Below, one piece after another: positions 34,807 through 42,984 of a stretch of 64,000 nt of DNA (position 1 is its first letter; every line of letters begins with the position of its first letter). The stretch is from a virus. Lineage: Duplodnaviria > Caudoviricetes. Location: the IMG/VR virus record IMGVR_UViG_3300037400_001903, positions 1 through 64,000 of that record. One strand, written 5' to 3'. Made by a program: the position numbers and the translations under genes. The notes beneath the pieces are model-generated. The model ran no database searches, was not told the DNA's origin, and worked only from the letters and a program-made list of their open reading frames with translations.

Positions 34807-35292
34807 ATGGCAAAGAAAAATATTAATTATGAAGATGTAGCAGTAGAGGTTACTGCTATGTCTTCTAAAGACGCAATTATTTTATCAGGTAATGACAAGT
34901 CAACACCTGCAACTTTATATGATACTGTTAGAGCTATGGCTGCTTTAGATAACACTATTAGTAATTGTAGTAAAGCTAAGGATTTATTACAAGAGACTCT
35001 TAATTCTTATAGTGAGTCTGATATTAAAGCATTATTCCCTCAGGGTTATGCTAGTATTAATGGTAAGATATATCAGATTAGACATAAAATTGAGAGTAAG
35101 ATGGATTATAATGTTGATACTTTAGCTAGTATGCCTGAAGCTAAACCTTATTTATCAGTTGTTCCTGCTTACAACAAGCTTGATAAAGCTGCTTATAATA
35201 AGGATTTACTTGCTGGCTCAGTTGATGCTAAAGTATCAGCAGCTATATCCATTACTACTCATGAATCTAATGAGTTAAAGGAGGTGAAATAA
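34807..35292 (+). CDS. Hypothetical protein, ~161 aa
   Basis: SD GAGGAGG; ATG 34807. Confidence 0.75.
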   Translation: MAKKNINYEDVAVEVTAMSSKDAIILSGNDKSTPATLYDTVRAMAALDNTISNCSKAKDLLQETLNSYSESDIKALFPQGYASINGKIYQIRHKIESKMDYNVDTLASMPEAKPYLSVVPAYNKLDKAAYNKDLLAGSVDAKVSAAISITTHESNELKEVK

Positions 35293-35294
35293 TT

Positions 35295-35660
35295 ATGGCT
35301 CTTAATTTTAATTCTGTAGAGAATGCAGCTTACTATATGAAGTGTAGTCTAGAGAAGAAAGGTTATCAGGTTGAAGCTACATCTGCTCCTTCTTCTCTTT
35401 CTTCTGGTGCTAGCTCTGATTATAGAAAGTTTGTTTCTTTTTCTCAAAGAATTCTAGATGGTTCTGGAGTTCTTAAAGGTTATATAACTTATAGAGTAAC
35501 TTTAACTACTTCTGTTAAACGTCCTAAGTTTAGTAGTTATGAGTTATTCGATGAAGTTTATAACTCTGTTCATAAGGTGCATCTTAAAGATTATCCTACT
35601 GCTGATGATTGCTTTAAAGATGTATACAATTATATACTTGACCATTATAAAATGGTATAA
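35295..35660 (+). CDS. Hypothetical protein, 121 aa
   Basis: SD AGGAGGTG. Confidence 0.75.
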   Translation: MALNFNSVENAAYYMKCSLEKKGYQVEATSAPSSLSSGASSDYRKFVSFSQRILDGSGVLKGYITYRVTLTTSVKRPKFSSYELFDEVYNSVHKVHLKDYPTADDCFKDVYNYILDHYKMV

Positions 35661-35676
35661 TTAAGGAGGTAGAATT

Positions 35677-37614
35677 ATGGCAACAGTATATGATTCTTTA
35701 AATTTTATTAGATACATTTATTCATCTAAGTTATTACCTAGATTTAAAATGTTATCTAAAGGTATGTTAGTTAAAGGTGGCGTTTATTGTTCATCTAATG
35801 TTTTATTTAATTTTACTAGACAGGCTGATTCTGCTTATTGTAGATTAGCATCTTCATCTACTAGTTCTATTCCTGTATTTAAGATTGTTTTAGGTGGTAC
35901 TTTAATTCGAAATGTTTGTGGTTTACCTTATAATACTTCTAATCGTTTGGTTTTAAAGAGTGCTGTTGATGATATTAAGATGTCAACTGTCGCTCTTTTC
36001 TTTCACGAAATGGGTCATCTTTTGTATACAGATATGACTGATACTAGAATCCTTAACTATAAGGATAAAGATTATATTAATTTTATCCATAGTATTCATA
36101 ATATTTTTGAGGATGTTTATCTTGAGAAGTTTGGTCTTCGTAGAGATTATCCTGTTACTCAAAAGTATTTTAAGTTTTTAACAGCTAGAGTTTTTATTTC
36201 TCAAGCTAAATCTTATAGTGATGATGGTTCTTCTCAAAGTTTTATTAATTATATTTTATTGAAACTTCGTTGCCCTAAAACTTTAACAGCTAAGAATGCT
36301 GTGTTTGATTCTGTATCAAAAGATATTTTGCCTATGTTTTCTGATATCCTTCATGATGATGATGGTACTAGCAGAATAACTAAGCAGATAGCTTTAGCTG
36401 AATGGCTTATAGCTAATACTTCATTAGACTTTAAGACAGTTACTCCACCAGAAGAGGAACTTCCTACAGGTGTTGGTCCTGGTTCAGGTCCTGCTAAGCC
36501 TGGTAAACCTGAGACAGGAGCTGGTGGTGGCGTTGGTTCTAATGCTCAAAACGGTGCTGGTGACCCAACTAATCGTGGTGGAAATAGAGGTTCTGGTGAC
36601 ATTGAAGATAATCCTACACCTGAAGAGCGTCCTGTTTTTAAATCATTAGATGAGATGGAGCAATCTCTAGAAGACGAAGACATTGTTCCAACTTATAATG
36701 AAGAGAATGATATTCGTGTTGATGATTTACAGGAGATTGATGATGCTTTCAATAGTGTTTTATCTATTGATGCTATTGGAAATCATGAGTGGGTTATTGC
36801 AAACAAGATGTTTGGCTTTGGACCTAATGTTAAAGAAGCTGTAGATAAAGCTATGCTTGATATGAATCCTATTGCTTTACAAGTTATTAAATCTCTTAAG
36901 TTATTTAAAGGTCAAATTAGACCTAGAAATACTGCTGGATTTAATTCTGGCAAGCTTCATATTCCTACAGCTATTAAGTCTGTATCATCTGGTTTGCCTA
37001 CACCTTATCTTTTTCAAAGAAAGATAGCTCGTGGTCAAGCTGCTGATTTGGCTATTAGTATTCTATGTGATAATTCAGGCTCTATGTCTGGTAATAAATC
37101 ACATGTATGTACTAGAGCTATGTTAGCATTAGCACAAGCTTGTGATAATGTAGGTATACCTATTGAAGTTAATTGTTTTACTAATGGTTCTACTAACTAT
37201 ACTATTCAGATGAAGTCTTTTGAAGATAAGTTTGCTGATTCCAAATATTATTTTGGTATTACTGATAGTGATATATGTTATCATTATACTTTTGATAGTG
37301 ATATTCCTGTATTCTGTAGTAATGAGGATGAAGTTAATTTATATAATGTTTGGAAAAGATTCCTTAAGAATAAACATAAAGATAAACTTATCTTTGTTAT
37401 TTCTGATGGACAAACTTGTGGTTCTTCATCTGATTTAAGAGGTCTTATTCAAGAGATAAAGCAATCTGGTGTAAAGATAATTGGTTTAGGTATTCAATCT
37501 AAAGCTGTTGCTTCATTGTATCCTGAATATAAATTATTTGATACTGAAAGTTCTTTACAAGGCTTACCAGATTATCTTCTTGAAACTCTTAACAGCTTAA
37601 TAAGAAAAGATTAA
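35677..37614 (+). CDS. Zincin-like (HEXXH) + vWA domain protein, partner of the MoxR ATPase
   Basis: FHEMGHLLYTD followed by EDVYLE; G/P-rich and acidic linker; MIDAS DNSGSMSG, T and SDG. Confidence 0.85.
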   Translation: MATVYDSLNFIRYIYSSKLLPRFKMLSKGMLVKGGVYCSSNVLFNFTRQADSAYCRLASSSTSSIPVFKIVLGGTLIRNVCGLPYNTSNRLVLKSAVDDIKMSTVALFFHEMGHLLYTDMTDTRILNYKDKDYINFIHSIHNIFEDVYLEKFGLRRDYPVTQKYFKFLTARVFISQAKSYSDDGSSQSFINYILLKLRCPKTLTAKNAVFDSVSKDILPMFSDILHDDDGTSRITKQIALAEWLIANTSLDFKTVTPPEEELPTGVGPGSGPAKPGKPETGAGGGVGSNAQNGAGDPTNRGGNRGSGDIEDNPTPEERPVFKSLDEMEQSLEDEDIVPTYNEENDIRVDDLQEIDDAFNSVLSIDAIGNHEWVIANKMFGFGPNVKEAVDKAMLDMNPIALQVIKSLKLFKGQIRPRNTAGFNSGKLHIPTAIKSVSSGLPTPYLFQRKIARGQAADLAISILCDNSGSMSGNKSHVCTRAMLALAQACDNVGIPIEVNCFTNGSTNYTIQMKSFEDKFADSKYYFGITDSDICYHYTFDSDIPVFCSNEDEVNLYNVWKRFLKNKHKDKLIFVISDGQTCGSSSDLRGLIQEIKQSGVKIIGLGIQSKAVASLYPEYKLFDTESSLQGLPDYLLETLNSLIRKD

Positions 37615-37628
37615 TTGGAGGTATTGAT

Positions 37629-38909
37629 ATGAAATTATTTGAAGCTGCTAAATCTGTTAGTTTAACAGATATTTTTACTGAGATGTGTGGTGGAACTATT
37701 CCTAATCGTAGGAAGAATTCCCTTACATCTTGTCCTATTTGTGGAGCAGGGACTAACACTCCTTGCTTCGGCCTTTATGGCAAAACAAAAAACATTCTTG
37801 ATAAATATAAATGTTTCTCTTGTGGTGCACAAGGAGATTCTATATCTTTAGTAAAGAATGTTTATGGTTTAGTTGATGATGTTGAAGCTGCTAAAGAAAT
37901 TTGCAGATATTTTAATGTTGAATATGAAGAGACTAAAGCCTCTGTTCATAATGATAAGTATGATAAGTATGTTAGAACTTATAATTATATTGCTAAACTT
38001 TTTAATGTTTTGTATCGTAGTGATTTTAATCCTGATAAAAATTATTTTGAGAACAGAGGTTTATCTACTGAACTTATTGATAAATATCAGTTAGGCTATT
38101 GTCCTAATATGCTTATCACTAAAGAGAATAAACATATCTCTTTACAAGATTTAATTCTTCGTATGGGTTTAACTGTTGAAGAAGGTCTTGTTAATTCTTA
38201 TGGTGAATCTGTTTTCTCTGGTAGATACATCTTCCCTATTAGAAATTCTAAAGGTGATGTTATTGCTTTTAGTGGTAGAACTTTAGATGCTAATGCTCCT
38301 AAGTATGTTAATACTTGTGAGACAGAGTTCTTTAAGAAGTCTTTTGCTTTATTCAATTATGATAGAGCTAAAGCTTATCCTACAGTCTATGTTGTTGAGG
38401 GTTATATGGATGCCTTATCTTTAATTGAATCAGGAATACCTAATGTTGTTGCTGCTATGGGTACAGCTTTTACTGAAAGTCATATATCAGCACTTAAAGG
38501 TAAGCAGATTGTTCTTGCTCTTGACCATGATGGTGCTGGTATGACTCATATCTTTAATATCATAACTCAGTTTAGAGATATCTATTTTAAAGTTATGTAT
38601 ACTCCACAAGAGTATAAAGATTTTAATGAGATGCTTATGGCTAAGCAAGACATTAAATCTTATTTATCTAAGTATGAGTTAAAAGCTGGACCAGAGTTTG
38701 TCATAAGACTTCTTACACATACTCAGGATATGAGTAAGTTAGAATCTCGTTCAGATATTTGGAAGACTATCGCATCTTTGATAGGTTCTACTAACTATTC
38801 TTATCAAAAGAAGTATCCACTTAATACTTTATATACTCCTGTTGAGATAGATTATTTCTGGAAGATGTATTCTAAATTTATAAAAAGAAATAGAAAGGAG
38901 GTGAAATAG
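37629..38909 (+). CDS. dnaG: DnaG-type DNA primase
   Basis: Zn finger CPIC...KCFSCGAQGD, FSGRYIFPI..G.VIAFSGR, KYVNT, TOPRIM VVEGYMDALS and ALDHDGAG. Confidence 0.92.
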   Translation: MKLFEAAKSVSLTDIFTEMCGGTIPNRRKNSLTSCPICGAGTNTPCFGLYGKTKNILDKYKCFSCGAQGDSISLVKNVYGLVDDVEAAKEICRYFNVEYEETKASVHNDKYDKYVRTYNYIAKLFNVLYRSDFNPDKNYFENRGLSTELIDKYQLGYCPNMLITKENKHISLQDLILRMGLTVEEGLVNSYGESVFSGRYIFPIRNSKGDVIAFSGRTLDANAPKYVNTCETEFFKKSFALFNYDRAKAYPTVYVVEGYMDALSLIESGIPNVVAAMGTAFTESHISALKGKQIVLALDHDGAGMTHIFNIITQFRDIYFKVMYTPQEYKDFNEMLMAKQDIKSYLSKYELKAGPEFVIRLLTHTQDMSKLESRSDIWKTIASLIGSTNYSYQKKYPLNTLYTPVEIDYFWKMYSKFIKRNRKEVK

Positions 38910-38910
38910 T

Positions 38911-39450
38911 ATGGAGGATTTAAAGTCTAGGGATTTAATTAATGTTACTAACCATTGTTGTAATGGTGTTTGTAGTAATTGTGGTGAATGTTGTACTGAT
39001 ATAATACCTCTTACGAAGAACGAGGTAAAGAATATTCGTGCTTATATTAAGAAGCATAATATTAAAGAACGTGTTTATATGGATGATACTACCTTTGATT
39101 TTCGCTGTCCTTTTTATATTAAGGATAGTGATAAGCATTGTGCTATTTATCCTGTTCGACCTTTGATTTGTCAGAAGTTTAAATGTAATCAGGATAAGTC
39201 TGTTATAGCTTCTAATAAAGAATTGCTATCTATGAGGGCTGATTATAATAAATTTTATAATTGGTCTTATCATCATACTTTCATAAGTTTACATAATTTA
39301 TTTTATAAAAATTATGCTTATGAGATTCAATCTATTTATAGTCTTTGTCTTAATAACAAAGAGTTAATGCAAGATTTTTTAAATAAAGAATGTCTTAATA
39401 AATATTCTTTCACTGATTTAGATATTGAATTTGAAGAGGAGGAAAAGTAA
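38911..39450 (+). CDS. YkgJ-family cysteine cluster protein
   Basis: CSNCGECC...CPF...CAIYPVRPLICQKFKC. Confidence 0.85.
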   Translation: MEDLKSRDLINVTNHCCNGVCSNCGECCTDIIPLTKNEVKNIRAYIKKHNIKERVYMDDTTFDFRCPFYIKDSDKHCAIYPVRPLICQKFKCNQDKSVIASNKELLSMRADYNKFYNWSYHHTFISLHNLFYKNYAYEIQSIYSLCLNNKELMQDFLNKECLNKYSFTDLDIEFEEEEK

Positions 39451-39452
39451 TC

Positions 39453-39680
39453 ATGTCTAAAGTTTCTATTGTAAAAATTTGTCCTGTTTGTGAAAAGGTT
39501 TCACAACTATCTGTCGATTCTGATAAATATAATCAGTATATGCAACGTAAAGATTTAATTCAAAATGTTTTTCCTGAACTTAATCCAGCTCAACGTGAGT
39601 TTATTATGACTGGTTATTGTTCTGATTGTCAACATATTATATTTGGAAGTAATTATACTATTGAGGAGGAGGAAAGATAA
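39453..39680 (+). CDS. Small zinc-ribbon-like protein
   Basis: CPVC...GYCSDC. Confidence 0.7.
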   Translation: MSKVSIVKICPVCEKVSQLSVDSDKYNQYMQRKDLIQNVFPELNPAQREFIMTGYCSDCQHIIFGSNYTIEEEER

Positions 39681-39681
39681 T

Positions 39682-40290
39682 ATGCCTAACTATTGTGATA
39701 ATGGATTGAACATTAAGTTCGAATCTTTAATTGATTTAAAACATTTTATTTTTATACATTTTAATAATAAGGAACTAGATTTTAATACTATAGTTCCTGA
39801 ACCTAAAACCATTGATGAGTGTCCTAGAAAATATTCTCTTTTATCTGAACAAGAGAAAAAAGATGCTCATATTGTTTCTTATGAAGATAGAGAATGGTTT
39901 AATTGGTATCTTTGGCATTGCGATTTCTGGGGTACAAAATGGAATTCTTGTTCCACAGATTATTATATTGATACTAAAACATTAACTTTATATGTTTCAT
40001 TTACTACAGCATGGTCTCCTGCTATACCTATTGTTCATAAGTTAATTGACATGTACCCATCTTGTGAGATTCATTTTACTTATTATGAATCTGGTATGTG
40101 TTTCGCTGGATTTATAGATTATGAATCTGGTGGAATAATAGAGAATCAGTTATCTCCAGATGACGGTTTAGATTATTATCAGTTCTTATATGATAATGAT
40201 TATGAATCAGAAGATACATTAACTGACCCAGATTGTTTTAATTTATCTGTTGTTGATGGCAAAGTTAAATATAGAAAGGAGGTGAAATAA
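39682..40290 (+). CDS. DUF1281 / YubB-like ferredoxin-fold protein
   Basis: MPNYCDN, LDFNTIVPEP, WY.W....WGTKWN, FTTAWSP, YYESGMCFAG. Confidence 0.8.
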   Translation: MPNYCDNGLNIKFESLIDLKHFIFIHFNNKELDFNTIVPEPKTIDECPRKYSLLSEQEKKDAHIVSYEDREWFNWYLWHCDFWGTKWNSCSTDYYIDTKTLTLYVSFTTAWSPAIPIVHKLIDMYPSCEIHFTYYESGMCFAGFIDYESGGIIENQLSPDDGLDYYQFLYDNDYESEDTLTDPDCFNLSVVDGKVKYRKEVK

Positions 40291-40291
40291 T

Positions 40292-40573
40292 ATGAGTATT
40301 CTATCTGATGTTAAACAAGAGAATTTTAATTCTGTTAAGGATTTCTTAGCAGCTAATCTTTTCTATCAACGTGTATATTATATACCTGTTGATTTGAAGA
40401 ATAAGGATTGGGGTTGTTGCCCTGCTTATCCTTCTAATGAAGAGTTGTTAGAAAAGTTTGCTGATGATGAATGTGTTTATGAGATTTATATCGAGCCTGA
40501 TTGTATCAAAAAGAGTTTAATTATTTACACTCGTAAAGCAATTAAACCTGGTATTTTATTTGAGGGGGCGTAG
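40292..40573 (+). CDS. Hypothetical protein, 93 aa
   Basis: SD AGGAGGTG. Confidence 0.7.
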   Translation: MSILSDVKQENFNSVKDFLAANLFYQRVYYIPVDLKNKDWGCCPAYPSNEELLEKFADDECVYEIYIEPDCIKKSLIIYTRKAIKPGILFEGA

Positions 40574-40574
40574 T

Positions 40575-41024
40575 ATGTTAAAAGAATTTTTAAAACCTTT
40601 TGATATTGTTTCAGCTCCTTATGTAGATTTGGAAGGTAATATTAAATCATTTTCTAATGGCAATCAACAGAAAGGTTTATTCATGGTTGTTGCTGTAGAT
40701 AATGGTAATGTTATTGCTTGTAAAGTTACCTCTCAATCTACATTACATAATTCTCCTGATTTTACTTATACTCTACTTCAAGATTCTCATCAATTTTTGA
40801 GAGCCACATCTTATATTCAGTTGACTAAGCCTCATACATTGGGTGTTCCATCTTGTCAAAAGATTGGTGAGGTTGCCCTTTTCTGTAGAGCACATATAAA
40901 ATCACAGCTTAAACTTTTGTTTGACACTATTGGTAATATTTTACAAGTTAATATTCCTGTGCAGAAGTATGTTAGTCCTAACATTATTCCACGTAGATTT
41001 GGTGGGGTAGTTATTAAGAAATAA
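40575..41024 (+). CDS. PemK/MazF-like protein
   Basis: FDIVSAPY.D...KGLFMVV...VIACKVTSQ...LRATSYIQL....TL....KIG follows the PemK fold pattern; the canonical K.RP Arg is absent. Confidence 0.65.
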   Translation: MLKEFLKPFDIVSAPYVDLEGNIKSFSNGNQQKGLFMVVAVDNGNVIACKVTSQSTLHNSPDFTYTLLQDSHQFLRATSYIQLTKPHTLGVPSCQKIGEVALFCRAHIKSQLKLLFDTIGNILQVNIPVQKYVSPNIIPRRFGGVVIKK

Positions 41025-41040
41025 CTCGACTGTATAAATA

Positions 41041-41069
41041 AAGAAGGCCTCCGTTTTGGAGACCTTTTT
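41041..41069. terminator. Bidirectional terminator between converging operons
   Basis: AAGAAGGCCTCC-GTTT-TGGAGACCTTTTT with A and T tails. Confidence 0.65.
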
Positions 41070-41071
41070 GA

Positions 41072-42586
41072 TTATGCAGTTTGACTTATTAAGATATAAG
41101 CTTTTAAGTAGCTGCAAGCTATTGATTTAGCATTTCTAATTGCTGTATCAATGCTTGTGAAGCTATCAATTATTCCTTTCTCATATAAATTAACTATGCA
41201 ATTATTTTGTACGTCTAGCCCACATTCTAAATCTTCTAGTGTCATACGCTTTGGCTTCTTCAAGCCTGCATTACTGATGATTTTCAAACAAGGTTCTTGT
41301 AATGCTTTTATAATGTGTTTGTATTTGCCTGATAAGGAAAGTAAATATAACGCTTTACCACCACCAGGAAGAATACCATCACGACAAGCACAACGAACTG
41401 CACCTATCGCATCATCTAATTTTAAACGAATCGTAGTGAATTCAGTAATAGTCTGTGCAGCAATCTTAATCTTAGTTACACCTGCTGTTAGGTTTGCTAA
41501 ACGTCTGTTGATAACATCAGTTCTGATTATTCCTGTGTTGAATTCCTTGTCTTCAAGTTCCTTCTTGTAAGACTTAACTCTCTTCTCAACTTCTTTTGAA
41601 TCAGAGCTGCAAAGTATTGTAGTCTTGTCTTGCTCAACAATAATCTTGTTAGCTGTTCCTGCATAAGCTAAACTGTAATCAGTTGTGCCTAGTGTAGGTG
41701 ATTGAATCTTACCGTTTGAACGAGCAGCAATGTCTAAGAATACTTCCTCTGGTTTAGAGTCGTTGATAAATACAATCATGAATCTTAATTTGTTTTGAAT
41801 AAGATTATCTAGTAATATCTTTAAGCTTTCAGGACTGAAATCTTTTGATAAGAAGAATACTAATGGTTGATTTGGATTTTCAATCGAGTCAAATAATACT
41901 TTGATTCCGTTTCGTGTTAAGATTCCTTCAGCTAATAGGATTAGTCTAGCATTTTCTGCTTCCCATTTTCCCTCATCATTGCATAGTTGTTTCATTTCAT
42001 CTGAGAAATATCCTGAATCAATAACCATACCATCAACATGTTCGATAGAAGATTCAGCTGACTTACGGTCATGCTCAATAATAACATTCATGTTTGAACC
42101 TGCATACTTGTAAGCTTCAGCTACTAGTTCACCGATGGCAGGTATCTTAGTTGTTATATTAGCAACATTTCTTACCATGTCAGGTGAATCAATAGGCTTC
42201 TTCATAGTTTGTAAATCCTTTAGAGCTGCTTCAACCTCTTCATTTATCATGTCAGATGCTTCTTGTGGATGCTTTCCCTTCTTTATTAGGTCTAGCCCAG
42301 CTTTGTATAGCTCATTAGTTAATAAAACTGTTAGAGTTGTACCATCAAAAGCTCTCTTCTCTGTGTTGTTAGCAGCCTCAATAATAGATAATGCAACCAT
42401 TCTTTCAAACTGGTCATCAAATTTCATGCATTCTTTCGCAACAGTAACACCATCGTCAGTTAGGAAAGGTCTAGAGAATTCATCCTGTAGAACTGCTAGC
42501 CTTCCCTTAGCTCCCATTGTAGGAGTAACGATGTCACTCATCTTTTGAAATGTTTCTTTTATTATCTTGATGTCTTTTGTCTTCAT
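41072..42586 (-). CDS. groEL: Phage chaperonin GroEL-like (Cpn60)
   Basis: TMGAKGR, TDDGVTVAKE, FDGTT, DGMVIDSGY, KLDDAIGA, GILPGGG, GIID; no GGM tail. Start re-assigned to ATG 42586 (SD AAGGA). Confidence 0.92.
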   Translation of the reverse strand: MKTKDIKIIKETFQKMSDIVTPTMGAKGRLAVLQDEFSRPFLTDDGVTVAKECMKFDDQFERMVALSIIEAANNTEKRAFDGTTLTVLLTNELYKAGLDLIKKGKHPQEASDMINEEVEAALKDLQTMKKPIDSPDMVRNVANITTKIPAIGELVAEAYKYAGSNMNVIIEHDRKSAESSIEHVDGMVIDSGYFSDEMKQLCNDEGKWEAENARLILLAEGILTRNGIKVLFDSIENPNQPLVFFLSKDFSPESLKILLDNLIQNKLRFMIVFINDSKPEEVFLDIAARSNGKIQSPTLGTTDYSLAYAGTANKIIVEQDKTTILCSSDSKEVEKRVKSYKKELEDKEFNTGIIRTDVINRRLANLTAGVTKIKIAAQTITEFTTIRLKLDDAIGAVRCACRDGILPGGGKALYLLSLSGKYKHIIKALQEPCLKIISNAGLKKPKRMTLEDLECGLDVQNNCIVNLYEKGIIDSFTSIDTAIRNAKSIACSYLKAYILISQTA

Positions 42587-42692
42587 AAATTCCTTTGTCT
42601 TCCTCTTCGTCACTATTTATAGCAGCTACTATAGCAATGGCTATGATGATTCCTATGAATATCACACCCATTATTATGTATACTTTAGTCAA
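42534..42692 (-). CDS. Unannotated 52-aa single-pass membrane peptide between groES and groEL
   Basis: TTG start after GAGG: MTKVYIIMGVIFIGIIIAIAIVAAINSDEEEDKG...DE*; fills the groES-groEL gap and overlaps both genes. Confidence 0.55.
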   Translation of the reverse strand: MTKVYIIMGVIFIGIIIAIAIVAAINSDEEEDKGIYEDKRHQDNKRNISKDE

Positions 42693-42972
42693 TAGCCTCT
42701 GCGTCCTTTACTAATACTAATATAATATCTTTAGCATTAACAGCGAATCCTTCGAATCCATCAAAGTTGATTGGCTGTGCTGCGAACATAGGATAGTAGA
42801 TAATATTACCTACCTTAAGACAATCCTTTCTGTTAGAGATAACAATCTCTCCACAGATGATGTCTTTCTTTCCTCTCTGTTCAGTTGCTGATACTACTAG
42901 TCCTGCTTTAGTAGTGACCTTTTCAGTTATCGGTCTGATAATTACATTTCCATTCAAACAATTATATTTCAT
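42685..42972 (-). CDS. groES: Co-chaperonin GroES-like (Cpn10)
   Basis: LNGNVIIRP, mobile loop TTKAGLVV, GEIV, LKVGNIIYY, KDII; 95 aa. Confidence 0.88.
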   Translation of the reverse strand: MKYNCLNGNVIIRPITEKVTTKAGLVVSATEQRGKKDIICGEIVISNRKDCLKVGNIIYYPMFAAQPINFDGFEGFAVNAKDIILVLVKDAEAID

Positions 42973-42984
42973 ATATCCTCCTTA

